Below the pieces are notes generated by a model. The model was not told the DNA's origin. It saw only the letters and a list, made by a program, of their open reading frames with translations, and did no database searches. From sequence record SRR31156797_5663: a DNA stretch of 56,259 nucleotides. One strand, written 5' to 3'. The position numbers and the translations under genes were made by a program. Shown in pieces: positions 40,969-52,899 of this stretch (positions are counted from its first letter, which is position 1; each line of letters begins with the position of its first letter).

Positions 40969-42360
40969 TTATTTAACTAGTTCGCGATCAAGTTCGCGGG
41001 CTACTTCATCTTGTACTTCTACGCCTTCTTTTTCAAGACGTGCGATCGTTTCCTTAAATTTAGGCAAGTGATCTTTGTGGGCAATAAACAGTTCGTCCAT
41101 GACACGTTTTGCCGTATCACCTGATGGAACCAATGGGTTGATGGTGAAGGCTTGTAATGCGATATTGTAATCCCCAGTCACTGCTGCTTCGATCGTTAAT
41201 AATTCCATTGCTTTCATTACCTGTAACCAACCTTTTTCAGCTGTCGGTAACTCACCAAAGGCAACATTTCTAGCACCTTGTCCGCCAACGTAAGCTGTTA
41301 CTTCAACTACGCAATCGGCAGGAAGATCTGGAACGGCGCCTTCATTTTTTGTTGAAACAACGATTTGGGTATTTTTATTGGCATAAATGGAAGCAATCGT
41401 TTCACACGCTGCATCTGAGTAATACGCACCACCACGTTTTTGCAGCTGTTCAGGTTTATGATCCAATTCAGGGTCTTTGTACAACTCAAACAATTCGGCT
41501 TCGGTTTGTTTCACTTGCTGTGCACGGGTCCCAACAGTCTTGTATTCTTCGATCGCATGATTCAGCATTTCTTCTTGACGATAGTAGTAACGATGATAAC
41601 CGCAAGGGATCATCTTCATTTGTTCTAGCTGTTCTTTGTAAAATGGAATATCAAAGATATTCTTCGGTAAGCCATTGTCTTCTTCATACATTTTATCAAT
41701 AATATCCATCGTTACATCGTTGCCGTGTGAATCAGCAACTTTGTGCCAATGGAAGTGATTCAATCCTGCAAATTTGTAGATCAATTCGTCCGGTTCTTTA
41801 CCGATCAAGGCTGGCTCAATCATGGTTGCCATGACTGGCACATTACACAACCCGATCACTTTGTCCCATTTTCCGTAACGCACGATTGCTTCAGTCACCA
41901 TGCCGCTTGGATTCGCAAAATTGATCAACCAAGCATCCGGACATAAACGTTTCATGTCTTCAACAATTTCAAGAATGATTGGAACCGTACGGAACGCTTT
42001 GAACATTCCGCCAGGGCCGTTGGTTTCTTGACCAATCATGCCATAATAAGCAGGAATTCGTTCATCTTTAATGCGGGCATTCAGCAACCCTACTCGAAAT
42101 TGGGTCGTAACGAAATCAGCATCTTTTAGCGCTTCTTCTCGATCCAATGTCATGTGGATTTTTACATCGTAGGGTGACGCATCCCACATCCGTTGTGCCA
42201 TCGCACCAACGATTGCTAATTTTTCTTTTCCTGCTTCGATATCTACTAGCCAAATTTCACGAATCGGCAATTCTTCATAGCGTTTGATAAAGCCTTCCAT
42301 TAACTCCGGGGTATAGCTGCTGCCGCCACCAATGGTTGCAATTTTAATTCCTTTTGTCAT
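40969..42360 (-). CDS. 6-phospho-beta-glucosidase, GH4 (LicH/CelF-like)
   Basis: IGGGSSYTPEL, QFRVG, GQETNGPGG, NFANP, GLCNVP, GLNH, RGGAYYS. Confidence 0.95.
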   Translation of the reverse strand: MTKGIKIATIGGGSSYTPELMEGFIKRYEELPIREIWLVDIEAGKEKLAIVGAMAQRMWDASPYDVKIHMTLDREEALKDADFVTTQFRVGLLNARIKDERIPAYYGMIGQETNGPGGMFKAFRTVPIILEIVEDMKRLCPDAWLINFANPSGMVTEAIVRYGKWDKVIGLCNVPVMATMIEPALIGKEPDELIYKFAGLNHFHWHKVADSHGNDVTMDIIDKMYEEDNGLPKNIFDIPFYKEQLEQMKMIPCGYHRYYYRQEEMLNHAIEEYKTVGTRAQQVKQTEAELFELYKDPELDHKPEQLQKRGGAYYSDAACETIASIYANKNTQIVVSTKNEGAVPDLPADCVVEVTAYVGGQGARNVAFGELPTAEKGWLQVMKAMELLTIEAAVTGDYNIALQAFTINPLVPSGDTAKRVMDELFIAHKDHLPKFKETIARLEKEGVEVQDEVARELDRELVK

Positions 42361-42436
42361 TGTATTGCTCCTTTGCTATTTTATTTACATTCTTATTATC
42401 ATTCATAAAAACATTTGATTCAATGTAAATAGCATA

Positions 42437-42584
42437 TTTAGAAAAAGCGTTTGCAAATCTCGCTTCTTCTTGCAGATGTTTTGTAAAAAAGATTTACAAA
42501 GAGCATCAAATAAGGAATAATTAGGATGTAAACGATTCGCTAGGTACTGAATAAAAACGAATTTTTGTAAAAACCATTTACAAA
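42437..42584. promoter_or_regulatory. Array of TGTAAA-N5-TTTACA palindromes (putative RpiR operators) plus a cre-like site
   Basis: Perfect 8-bp-arm palindromes at 42480-42500 and 42564-42584; degenerate copy at 42437-42457; TGTAAACGATTCGC at 42527-42540. Confidence 0.65.
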
Positions 42585-42620
42585 TAATCATAAAAAAATG
42601 TAAAAAGGAGCATATATACC

Positions 42621-43541
42621 ATGTTGTTACAAGAAAAAATGCGCCAAATCAAACTAGCACCAGCGGAACGATCGTTGATCGATTATTTATTAGCCAACCC
42701 GACTGCGATGGCGGATCAAACCATTAAGGAATTGTCAGAAAAGACCTACGTTCATCCTTCTACTTTTATTCGGATTGCCAAAAAATTAGGCTTCAATGGT
42801 TGGCTCGACTTAAAAACGGCCTTTGTGGAAGAGCAAACTTATATGAGCAGCCATTTTACAGATGTAGATGCGAACTTCCCTTTTTCCTCCCATGACGGCA
42901 TTATGACCATCGCCAAAAAGTTGGCAAAGCTTGAACAAACAACGATTGAAGATACGCTTTCCTTGATCCATCATGATGAATTACAAAAAGCGAAACAATC
43001 GTTGCTCAACGCCAACCATATCAAGATCTTCGCCAGTAATGCCAATACCTTGATTTCTCAAGACTTTGTTTTGAAGATGCGGCGTTTAGGAAAAAACATT
43101 CACGTCTGCGACACCTTCGGCGAGAGTGCTTACGAGGCATCTAACTGTACCTCCGATACGACCGCGATCTTGATTTCTTACACCGGTGAAAACAAAATGG
43201 TCAAAGAAATCGGTAAGATCCTTGCCGAGCGGCAGGTTTCCATCATTGGCATGACGAGTATCGGGGAGAACTCCTTGGCGAAATTAAGTAATTGTGTTTT
43301 GAATATCACGACAAGAGAACGGCTCTACTCAAAGATCGCCAACTTTACGATCAATACGTCCGTTTGCTACTTGCTGGATTTGTTGTACGCAGTCGTCTTT
43401 TCGGAGCATTATGAAAAAAACTTGCAGCATTTGATCGATATTGGCATGGCTTATGACAAGCGCCCTACATCATCGACGATAATCGCTGAGCCAACCTACG
43501 ATAAAAATCTTCATTATAAAGACTCACTGTTTCCCAATTAA
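42621..43541 (+). CDS. MurR/RpiR-family transcriptional regulator
   Basis: N-terminal HTH (STFIRIAKKLGFNGW) and SIS domain (ILISYTGE, NSLAKLS). Confidence 0.93.
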   Translation: MLLQEKMRQIKLAPAERSLIDYLLANPTAMADQTIKELSEKTYVHPSTFIRIAKKLGFNGWLDLKTAFVEEQTYMSSHFTDVDANFPFSSHDGIMTIAKKLAKLEQTTIEDTLSLIHHDELQKAKQSLLNANHIKIFASNANTLISQDFVLKMRRLGKNIHVCDTFGESAYEASNCTSDTTAILISYTGENKMVKEIGKILAERQVSIIGMTSIGENSLAKLSNCVLNITTRERLYSKIANFTINTSVCYLLDLLYAVVFSEHYEKNLQHLIDIGMAYDKRPTSSTIIAEPTYDKNLHYKDSLFPN

Positions 43542-43550
43542 ATGACTGAC

Positions 43551-43584
43551 AAAAAGCGATCGCTTCACATGGGCGATCGCTTTT
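43551..43584. terminator. Bidirectional terminator between rpiR and the PTS gene
   Basis: AAAAAGCGATCGC..GCGATCGCTTTT. Confidence 0.8.
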
Positions 43585-43617
43585 AACCTTACGTAGAACT
43601 TGTTAGAAAGTTTTTGG

Positions 43618-45594
<1,977 letters not shown>

Positions 45595-45734
45595 AAAATG
45601 TTTCGTCTTTGATATGCTGCTTCTTAACTAGCGGTCCTAAAAATACGTTTTAATAAAAATCATTGCCAAAAAATTATTCTTTCTTCTATATCTTGCACTG
45701 AGTAAAACTCTTTCTCCTTTCTTCTTTATTTCAA

Positions 45735-46577
45735 TCAACGATTTTTTTGCACAAGTCTGGCAATATGAATCGTTAAATACAAACTTTCGTCACTGGACAT
45801 TTGATACTGATACTGATTTTCTAATAGTTCAGCGATTTTTTGTACGCATTGATACGCATTTCGGTACTTCACTTTGACCATAGCCAAAAGATCTTCATCG
45901 GTTTCATCCGTATGAGGGGTATGGTTTTGCATTCTTGAGACAAAAAATTTCAAATGCGTAGTGAAGCGATAAAAATAAACGGACTCTTCATCAAAGGTGG
46001 TTTTGAAAAAATATTTAACAATGTTAATAATGTCTTGCATCGTTTGGGTTAGCTCAGCAATATTGCCTTGGTCACCATTTTCGGTTTGCGCATTGACCAG
46101 ATGCAGAGCAATAAAGCCAGCTTCATCATCTGGCAGCTGAATCCCGTAATGTTCTTTGATTTTTTCTACTGTTTTGCAGCCTATTTGGTACTCATCGGGG
46201 AAAAAACGCTTGATATCCCACAATAAGACATTTTTGACCGTCATTCCTTTTTTCGATCGTTCAATGGCACAGTGCATATGATCTGTCAGCGAGATGTAGA
46301 TGGAATCATTGATGGGGGATGACAATTCTCGCCGAGCATACTCAATGATCTCATTGGATAATTCAAGATATTCCAGTGGTAAGTCAGCAAGCAGCTCTTG
46401 AAATTGAGATAAGATCGTCTGATTTTCTAAGCGATATACTTTATCGACCGTTTCTGAAGAAATGTCATCTCCCACTTTTTTCTTAAAGGCAATCCCCCGC
46501 CCCATAACAATAATCTCGTTTTGACTTTGATCGGTAGTGATCACAACATTATTGTTTAACACTTTACTGATTTTCAT
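45735..46577 (-). CDS. BglG/LicT-family transcriptional antiterminator
   Basis: CAT domain KVLNNNVV..MGRGIAFKKK; two PRDs (LTDH, IALH, FTTH, LTIH). Confidence 0.96.
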   Translation of the reverse strand: MKISKVLNNNVVITTDQSQNEIIVMGRGIAFKKKVGDDISSETVDKVYRLENQTILSQFQELLADLPLEYLELSNEIIEYARRELSSPINDSIYISLTDHMHCAIERSKKGMTVKNVLLWDIKRFFPDEYQIGCKTVEKIKEHYGIQLPDDEAGFIALHLVNAQTENGDQGNIAELTQTMQDIINIVKYFFKTTFDEESVYFYRFTTHLKFFVSRMQNHTPHTDETDEDLLAMVKVKYRNAYQCVQKIAELLENQYQYQMSSDESLYLTIHIARLVQKNR

Positions 46578-46654
46578 GTCCTACCCCCACTTACTTTATC
46601 ATTGCGGATATGGTTCATTGCTTGTCTTTATTGTTTAGCCAACAGTCAACACAG

Positions 46655-46730
46655 AAAAAACCTCATGAAAGCAGCGCAAATACCGCAGCTTCATCAGGTT
46701 TAGCTTGTTAAAAATCAACAATCACTATCC
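46655..46730 (-). promoter_or_regulatory. RAT overlapping an intrinsic terminator in the antiterminator-gene leader
   Basis: RAT GGATAGTGATTGTT..AACAAGCTAAACC (46730-46697) overlaps the hairpin AAACCTGATGAAGCTGCG..CGCTGCTTTCATGAGG plus U6. Confidence 0.85.
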
Positions 46731-46754
46731 ATTAGAACCAGTTCTATTATCTTT

Positions 46755-46783
46755 ATCATAGCAAAGGTAGAAAGCGCTGTCAA
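46755..46783 (-). promoter_or_regulatory. Sigma-A promoter with a cre (CcpA) site over the -35
   Basis: TTGACA, 17 bp spacer, TGcTATGAT; cre TGACAGCGCTTTCT at 46782-46769. Confidence 0.8.
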
Positions 46784-46884
46784 TCGTTGTTCGTTATTTT
46801 TATTTTTCATCCCTTCCTTCTTTTTTTCGTACAAAAAAACCTTAAAAACGAGAGTCTTTAAGGTTAGCATTACTATCAAAGCTA

Positions 46885-48660
46885 TTAAACTTCACTTGCC
46901 TGCAAACGGTACATATCGGCATACAACCCTTTTTGAGCCAAAAGTTCATCATGGGTGCCTCGTTCGACGATCGAGCCTTTATCAAGCACCAAAATCAACT
47001 CGGCATCGCGGATGGTAGATAAGCGATGGGCGATCGCGATCGTGGTTCGCCCTTGACGCATATTTGCCAAGCCTTCTTGGATCAGTCCTTCTGTTTCAGT
47101 ATCGATATTGGCAGTCGCCTCATCCAAGACCAGCACTTTCGGATCGGTCACCATCGTTCGGGCAAAGGAAATCAATTGCCGTTGCCCGCTTGAATAACTG
47201 GCACCCCGTTCAATCACTTTGGCGTGGTATTTACCAGGTAGTTTTTGAATAAAGGCATCTGCTTGAACAAATTTTGCTGCTGCTTCGATCTGTTCTTCAC
47301 GAATGTCCTGATTCAATAAGCGGATATTGTCAGCGATGTCCCCATAAAACATGAAAGCATCTTGCAATACGAGTCCAACTTTTTTCCGAAGCTCTTCCAT
47401 CGTGAAGTCGCGGATATCTTGATCATCGATCAAAATTTGCCCTTCCCCAAATTCGTAAAAACGCATCAACACATTGATGATCGAGCTCTTGCCACTTCCT
47501 GTGTGACCGACTAGAGCCACGGTCTCACCTGGATAGGCGATGAAAGAAATATGATTCAATACGTTGTTTTTTCCATCATAGGAAAAACTGACATCACGAA
47601 ATTCAATTTTTCCTTTGGTGATGGTTTGACTGGCATCGGAGTTTTGCTGCGGCGTATATTCTTCGTTATCCATAATCTTCAAAATCCGGCTGCCGGCTAC
47701 CATCCCATCAGTAAAGACGCTGAGAAAATCCATCATCTGTGTCATGGGATTAAAGAATCCTTGAATATAGGTCGTAAAGGCGAAAATCAACCCAACTTCA
47801 ATGGGCGATTCTAAGGCATCAAACCCAAAGAGCGTCAATGACAAGGCAATCGCTAAGGCATACAACAAACTAATGATTGGTGATAGTAGCAGCGCATTCG
47901 TGCGGATCATGGCGTATCTAGTTTTCAAATAATCATCGTTGGTCGCTTCGAATTCTTCATTCAGCCGCGCCTCTTGGCGGAATTGCTGAATGATCTGCAT
48001 GCCAGAAATCGATTCATTCAATTTCGTATTCAGCTGACTCAGTTTTTCCCGCATTTGACGATAGATACGAGAGCTGAATTTTTGATAATACCAGATGACT
48101 ACCATTAGGATTGGCAGAAAAATCAAGTTTAGTAAGGCAATTTTGACGTTGATGCGGAACATGGCGGCAAAAGAAGAAACCACCGCAAAAATTCCTGTCA
48201 ATACCATCAAGAAGACATACCAAAATTCATACAATGTTTCTGTGTCGTTGCTGACCCGTGAAACGATTGAACCCGCTGGCGTCTGATCGAAATAGCGCAT
48301 CCCAAGACTATGCAATTTTTCAAATAATTTTGCTCGAATATATTGATAGGTTTTTAAAGAACCCATTGAATAAAGGAACCATTGGAAAAACCAAATCACG
48401 GCTTTTACCAACACCCCAAAGAAATACAACGCAGCAAAGAAATAAATGACTTGCTGGGTCGCCGTCTGATTGGTCAAATAATTATCCATAAAGGTTTGAA
48501 TGATCAAAGGCAACAAGATATTGATGATCGATAGCACAAAAGCAAAAAAGATCGCTGCATAGAAGGTTTTTCGAAACGGTTTGGCAAAAAGAAACATTCG
48601 TTTGATGATGTTTTTTTGCTCTTTAAAGGGAATCGATTTGCTCCATTCTGATTCTTGCAT
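46885..48660 (-). CDS. Heterodimeric multidrug-type ABC exporter subunit (YheH-like)
   Basis: TMD plus NBD: GHTGSGKSS, YSSGQRQL, LDEATANID, IAHRLST. Confidence 0.92.
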   Translation of the reverse strand: MQESEWSKSIPFKEQKNIIKRMFLFAKPFRKTFYAAIFFAFVLSIINILLPLIIQTFMDNYLTNQTATQQVIYFFAALYFFGVLVKAVIWFFQWFLYSMGSLKTYQYIRAKLFEKLHSLGMRYFDQTPAGSIVSRVSNDTETLYEFWYVFLMVLTGIFAVVSSFAAMFRINVKIALLNLIFLPILMVVIWYYQKFSSRIYRQMREKLSQLNTKLNESISGMQIIQQFRQEARLNEEFEATNDDYLKTRYAMIRTNALLLSPIISLLYALAIALSLTLFGFDALESPIEVGLIFAFTTYIQGFFNPMTQMMDFLSVFTDGMVAGSRILKIMDNEEYTPQQNSDASQTITKGKIEFRDVSFSYDGKNNVLNHISFIAYPGETVALVGHTGSGKSSIINVLMRFYEFGEGQILIDDQDIRDFTMEELRKKVGLVLQDAFMFYGDIADNIRLLNQDIREEQIEAAAKFVQADAFIQKLPGKYHAKVIERGASYSSGQRQLISFARTMVTDPKVLVLDEATANIDTETEGLIQEGLANMRQGRTTIAIAHRLSTIRDAELILVLDKGSIVERGTHDELLAQKGLYADMYRLQASEV

Positions 48661-50408
48661 TAGGCTTCACTCCCTTCGATTTTGGCTTCTAGTTGCTGCT
48701 TGTCCCACATTTTTTTATACCAGCCATTTGCAGCCAATAATTGTTCATGGGTCCCACGTTCACTGATTTTCCCATTGTCGATCACGAGAATTTCTTCTGC
48801 ATGCTTGACACTGCTTAGGCGGTGGGCAGCAATGATCGTTGTTTTATTCTGACGGAATGTCCGTAATTGTTGTAAAATAGCTTCTTCCGTTTTGGCATCT
48901 ACTGCTGAAAGGGCGTCATCTAAAATCAATAATTCTGGGTCAGTGATCAAGGCACGGGCAATGGATAAACGCTGTTTTTGTCCGCCGGAAAGAGAAACAC
49001 CACGTTCCCCCACCATCGTTTCGTACCCTTCAGGAAACTGACTGATATCCTCGTGGATCACTGCTAATCTAGCAGCCGCTTCAACTTCTGCTTGAGAAGA
49101 CCGTGGTTGCGCGAAGCGGATATTGTCTCGAATCGTCATGGAAAATAAGAAATGATCTTGCGGAACATAACCGATCGAACCCAAAAGAGCATTCAAAGAG
49201 TATTGCTTGCTGTCGATGCCCCCGAAGGTGATCGCCCCATCAAATGAATCATACTCTCGCAACAAGAGCTTCATCAAAGAGGTTTTTCCTGCACCAGTTT
49301 TCCCGACCACACCAAGTGTTTGCCCGGCAGGCAAAGTAAAGTGGATGTCTTGCAGGGCAAAATCATCTCCTTGATAGTGAAAATCATTGATTTGAACGTT
49401 CACCGTTCCTTGGGCTGGGGTATCGACCGCATCTTTGGCTTCAATGATATGGGTCTTTGCCGCCAATAATTCGGCAACCCGATCATAACTTGCATTGCCT
49501 CGTTCCAGCACATTGAACAGGCGTCCGATGGCAAACATTGGCCAAACTAACATACCGATATAACTGATGAAAGATACCAATTGACCGATCGAGATGGTAC
49601 CGTCCATGACATAATTGCCGCCAACGATGATCGTCAGCACATAGGAGATTCCAATGATGATCGTAATAAACGGATCAAATAAGGCATCCAGAAAATTGAC
49701 TTTGCGGTTTTTGATGATGGCATGGTCGATTTTGGTTTGAAAATCAGCGATGTCCTCTTTTTCCTGTCCAAAGGTTTTGATGACTTTCATCCCAGTAATA
49801 CTTTCTTGGGCTTTGTCGTTGATGGAAGAAAATGCTTCTTGCGAGTCACGAAACGCATCATGCAATTTGCTACCAAGAACCCGTGCCATGACTGCTAAGA
49901 AAGGCAGCGGCAATAGAGCAATGATCGTTAACCGCCAATCGATAAAGAGAACCATCGCAATGATGGTAGCTCCACCAGAGATGAAGGAATCAGCAAAGGT
50001 CAAGATCCCCGCCCCTGCCACATTCTGGATGGCATTCAAGTCATTGGTGGCATGGGCCATCAAATCACCTGTCCGATGCTTTTGATAAAACAACTGATCC
50101 ATCCTTGTAAAATGTGCAAATAACTGTCTGCGTAACGTTTTTTCTAGCCGAGCGGCACTGCCCCAGATATGCGTTCGCCAGACAAAACGAAACACATATT
50201 GAGCGATAGCTGAAGCAATCAAGATCATGACCCAAAAAAAGATCGTCTGCATCGAGATCTCTTTTTCAGCAATTTCATCGATGATGATCCCGATAACTTT
50301 GGGAGGGGCCAACTGTACCAAGGCGACTAGGACTAAAGAGCCTACGCCTAACAAATAATGTTTCTTTTCTTGTTTAAAAAACCAACCTAACTTCCTAAAT
50401 ATTGACAT
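48660..50408 (-). CDS. Heterodimeric multidrug-type ABC exporter subunit (YheI-like)
   Basis: TMD plus NBD: GKTGAGKT, LSGGQKQR, degenerate LDDALSAVD. Start moved to ATG 50408. Confidence 0.92.
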   Translation of the reverse strand: MSIFRKLGWFFKQEKKHYLLGVGSLVLVALVQLAPPKVIGIIIDEIAEKEISMQTIFFWVMILIASAIAQYVFRFVWRTHIWGSAARLEKTLRRQLFAHFTRMDQLFYQKHRTGDLMAHATNDLNAIQNVAGAGILTFADSFISGGATIIAMVLFIDWRLTIIALLPLPFLAVMARVLGSKLHDAFRDSQEAFSSINDKAQESITGMKVIKTFGQEKEDIADFQTKIDHAIIKNRKVNFLDALFDPFITIIIGISYVLTIIVGGNYVMDGTISIGQLVSFISYIGMLVWPMFAIGRLFNVLERGNASYDRVAELLAAKTHIIEAKDAVDTPAQGTVNVQINDFHYQGDDFALQDIHFTLPAGQTLGVVGKTGAGKTSLMKLLLREYDSFDGAITFGGIDSKQYSLNALLGSIGYVPQDHFLFSMTIRDNIRFAQPRSSQAEVEAAARLAVIHEDISQFPEGYETMVGERGVSLSGGQKQRLSIARALITDPELLILDDALSAVDAKTEEAILQQLRTFRQNKTTIIAAHRLSSVKHAEEILVIDNGKISERGTHEQLLAANGWYKKMWDKQQLEAKIEGSEA

Positions 50409-50606
50409 AACACTCTCCATTTCTTTGTGACCTGTTGCCTAAATTTTGCGATTTTTCCGAATATTTATTAGATTCAGATTCGATTGCTACCCCGCTATTC
50501 ACAGAACGTAAATAGAAAAAGCAGCCTGGGGACATTCTTTTAGTTTCTTCATTTTGCCGCAATAAAAAGCGAGCTGATAAAATCAGCCCGCTTCTTAGAA
50601 AAAAAC

Positions 50607-50825
50607 CTACTTTTGGTTTTTCATTTGCTGCATCATCTGACGAATCTTTTTCTCAGAAGGTTTTTGACCCATTGACATCATCATCGAGCGAAGCATATCC
50701 TCATTAACGGGAGGATTTTTCTTTAGATAATCTTGCATATATTTACGCGCCAAAAAGAAGCCGCCGACAGCGCCTAGTAATGCTGCAACAACAGCGATCA
50801 CGATTACGATTCCTACACTAACCAT
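50607..50825 (-). CDS. yneF: YneF family (UPF0154) small membrane protein
   Basis: [35 protein letters not shown]. Confidence 0.93.
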   Translation of the reverse strand: MVSVGIVIVIAVVAALLGAVGGFFLARKYMQDYLKKNPPVNEDMLRSMMMSMGQKPSEKKIRQMMQQMKNQK

Positions 50826-50932
50826 TTGAAAACTCTCCTTTCTCTTGTACTCTCAATGAATCATTTTACTAGAAAAAAACACAAAAAGAAAGAGTGAAAG
50901 TTGGATTTATCCAAAAACTTTCACTCGTTTCC

Positions 50933-51736
50933 TCAACTTAATGCGACATCTCTTTTATTGAATAACCAATTTGTTAAAAGGTAGATTAAAACACTATAAA
51001 CAAGGATCCCGATCGCCATTTCCCAATAGCCCAATCCCGGATCAAAGGCAGTCATCTGCATGTCAGGACTATTTAATAAACTCGGTATCTGCTCTTTGAT
51101 ATTCATAAAATTAAACGGGTTCCACTTCAGCCATGGGTATTTTTCTTGAGCAAAAAGCATGATCGAGTTGATGATGCTGCTTCCAAACAACATACCCAAG
51201 CCTAAGCCAACCGCCAGGCTTTGAGAGCGAATGACGGCTGAGATAAAGATGGTCAATGCAATATAAAAGACAATCAATAGCAAGTTGGTTCCCGCAAAAA
51301 CAAAGGCAACGAGAATCGCCGCTAGCCCGTTGTAGCCAGTAGCAGCAAAAGGTGATTCAGCTGCTAAAAATAAATTGGCGGCTGCTAAACTACTGATTAG
51401 TAAAACAGCAGTCCCTAAAAGCGCAAATAAAAACGTGTTGATGGCTTTTGCTGCTAAGATTTGGCTTCTGGAAAAAGGCCGAATCAATAAGAACTTGATT
51501 GTTCCACGACTGAACTCTTCCGCCACTGAAGAAGCTGCCACAATCACCACAAATAAGTTTAAAAAGGAAGTCATGTCGCTCAAAGAAGCGAATAAATCAT
51601 TGGCACCAATCTCGGGACTACCTAAGCGAACCACATAGGTCAACCCAAAAGTCATTAGAACCAATAAAAGCAGCATGATCCAAGTAGAACGTTTTTTGGT
51701 TAATTTGATCCATTCATTTTTAATCAATGTCAGCAT
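50933..51736 (-). CDS. ABC-2 type exporter permease
   Basis: LIKNEWIKL, VAEEFSRGTIKFLLIRPFSRSQIL.AK, FNKRDV end. Start moved to ATG 51736. Confidence 0.88.
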   Translation of the reverse strand: MLTLIKNEWIKLTKKRSTWIMLLLLVLMTFGLTYVVRLGSPEIGANDLFASLSDMTSFLNLFVVIVAASSVAEEFSRGTIKFLLIRPFSRSQILAAKAINTFLFALLGTAVLLISSLAAANLFLAAESPFAATGYNGLAAILVAFVFAGTNLLLIVFYIALTIFISAVIRSQSLAVGLGLGMLFGSSIINSIMLFAQEKYPWLKWNPFNFMNIKEQIPSLLNSPDMQMTAFDPGLGYWEMAIGILVYSVLIYLLTNWLFNKRDVALS

Positions 51737-51738
51737 GC

Positions 51739-52647
51739 TTACAAACCTCCTTCTTCGGTCCAAGCCAAGAATGTATCTTCTAGAGAAGATTGCTTTGTCC
51801 GTAGTTCTTTCAAGCCGATCCCAGCCGTCACGATCGCTGCAGCGATTGCCGAACGCTGATCTGTTGCTAGAGTGACTTGCAATTCATCTGCAACCTGCAA
51901 GACCTCGACCTCAAAGGAAGCTTTTAACATTGCTTCTGTTTCCGCATTATCATCAGTTTTAATAATCAGTACATTTTTCTCTGCTTTCAACTCTGCCATT
52001 GCTACTTGATGAGTGACTTTTCCTTTTTGCACCACGATCAAATGATCGGCAATTTGTTCGATATCGCTTAATTGATGACTGGAAACTAAGACAGAAACGC
52101 CTTTTTCTCTCAAAGAAAGAATCATTTCTCGAAACTCCCGCATGCCTTTAGGATCCAGGCCATTCATCGGTTCATCTAAAACTAATAAGTCTGGTTGATG
52201 GACCAATGCCTGGGCAACACCTAAACGCTGACGCATCCCTAATGAATAGGTTTTGACTTTTTGATGGATGTGTCCTTCTAAATGTACCTGACGAATAAGA
52301 GCTTCTAATTCTGCTGTCGTACTTTTTTTCTTCGCCATGCGCTGATACTGCATCAAATTTTCATAGCCTGTCATATAATTATAAAACTCAGGATTTTCAA
52401 CGATCGCACCGACTGAGGCAATCGCGGTTTTAAAAGAAGAATCCAGTAAATTCCCCATAATGGCAATCGATCCTGTGTTGTGCTTCATCAACCCAACAAT
52501 CATCCGAATGATCGTCGTCTTCCCAGCCCCATTAGGCCCTAATAAACCAACGACTTGTCCTTGGTCCACCACAAAGGAAACATCCTCAATGATTCGTTTG
52601 GTTCCAATCAATTTGGAAACATTTTGCAGTGCTAATACTTCTGTCAA
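51739..52647 (-). CDS. ABC exporter ATP-binding protein (BcrA/YhcH-like)
   Basis: GPNGAGKTT, GAIVENP, YSLGMRQRLG, LDEPMNGLDP, SSH; TTG start. Confidence 0.92.
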   Translation of the reverse strand: MTEVLALQNVSKLIGTKRIIEDVSFVVDQGQVVGLLGPNGAGKTTIIRMIVGLMKHNTGSIAIMGNLLDSSFKTAIASVGAIVENPEFYNYMTGYENLMQYQRMAKKKSTTAELEALIRQVHLEGHIHQKVKTYSLGMRQRLGVAQALVHQPDLLVLDEPMNGLDPKGMREFREMILSLREKGVSVLVSSHQLSDIEQIADHLIVVQKGKVTHQVAMAELKAEKNVLIIKTDDNAETEAMLKASFEVEVLQVADELQVTLATDQRSAIAAAIVTAGIGLKELRTKQSSLEDTFLAWTEEGGL

Positions 52648-52731
52648 AGTTACCCCTTCTTCCTAACACCTTTTCTGCAACGATTTTAAATAAAAAACGT
52701 TATGATAATATGTATACCATGCCATCTCTGT

Positions 52732-52789
52732 AAAAAAAAGTCAAGAAGCGAAAAAGGAACGACGATGTTCCTGTTTTTGCTTCTTGACA
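52732..52789 (-). terminator. Intrinsic terminator downstream of the Mga-family gene
   Basis: GTCAAGAAGC..GGAAC..GTTCC..GCTTCTTGAC long stem with an A8 run (U tract on the minus strand). Confidence 0.8.
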
Positions 52790-52899
52790 CCTGTGTTTAT
52801 CAAAGTCGCTTTTCACTTTCGCCTTACTGCCGAAACTTACGAAATTATAAGTTCTGTCTGCTCAGCCAACCCACGCGGCTGATTATTTACATGGTACGA

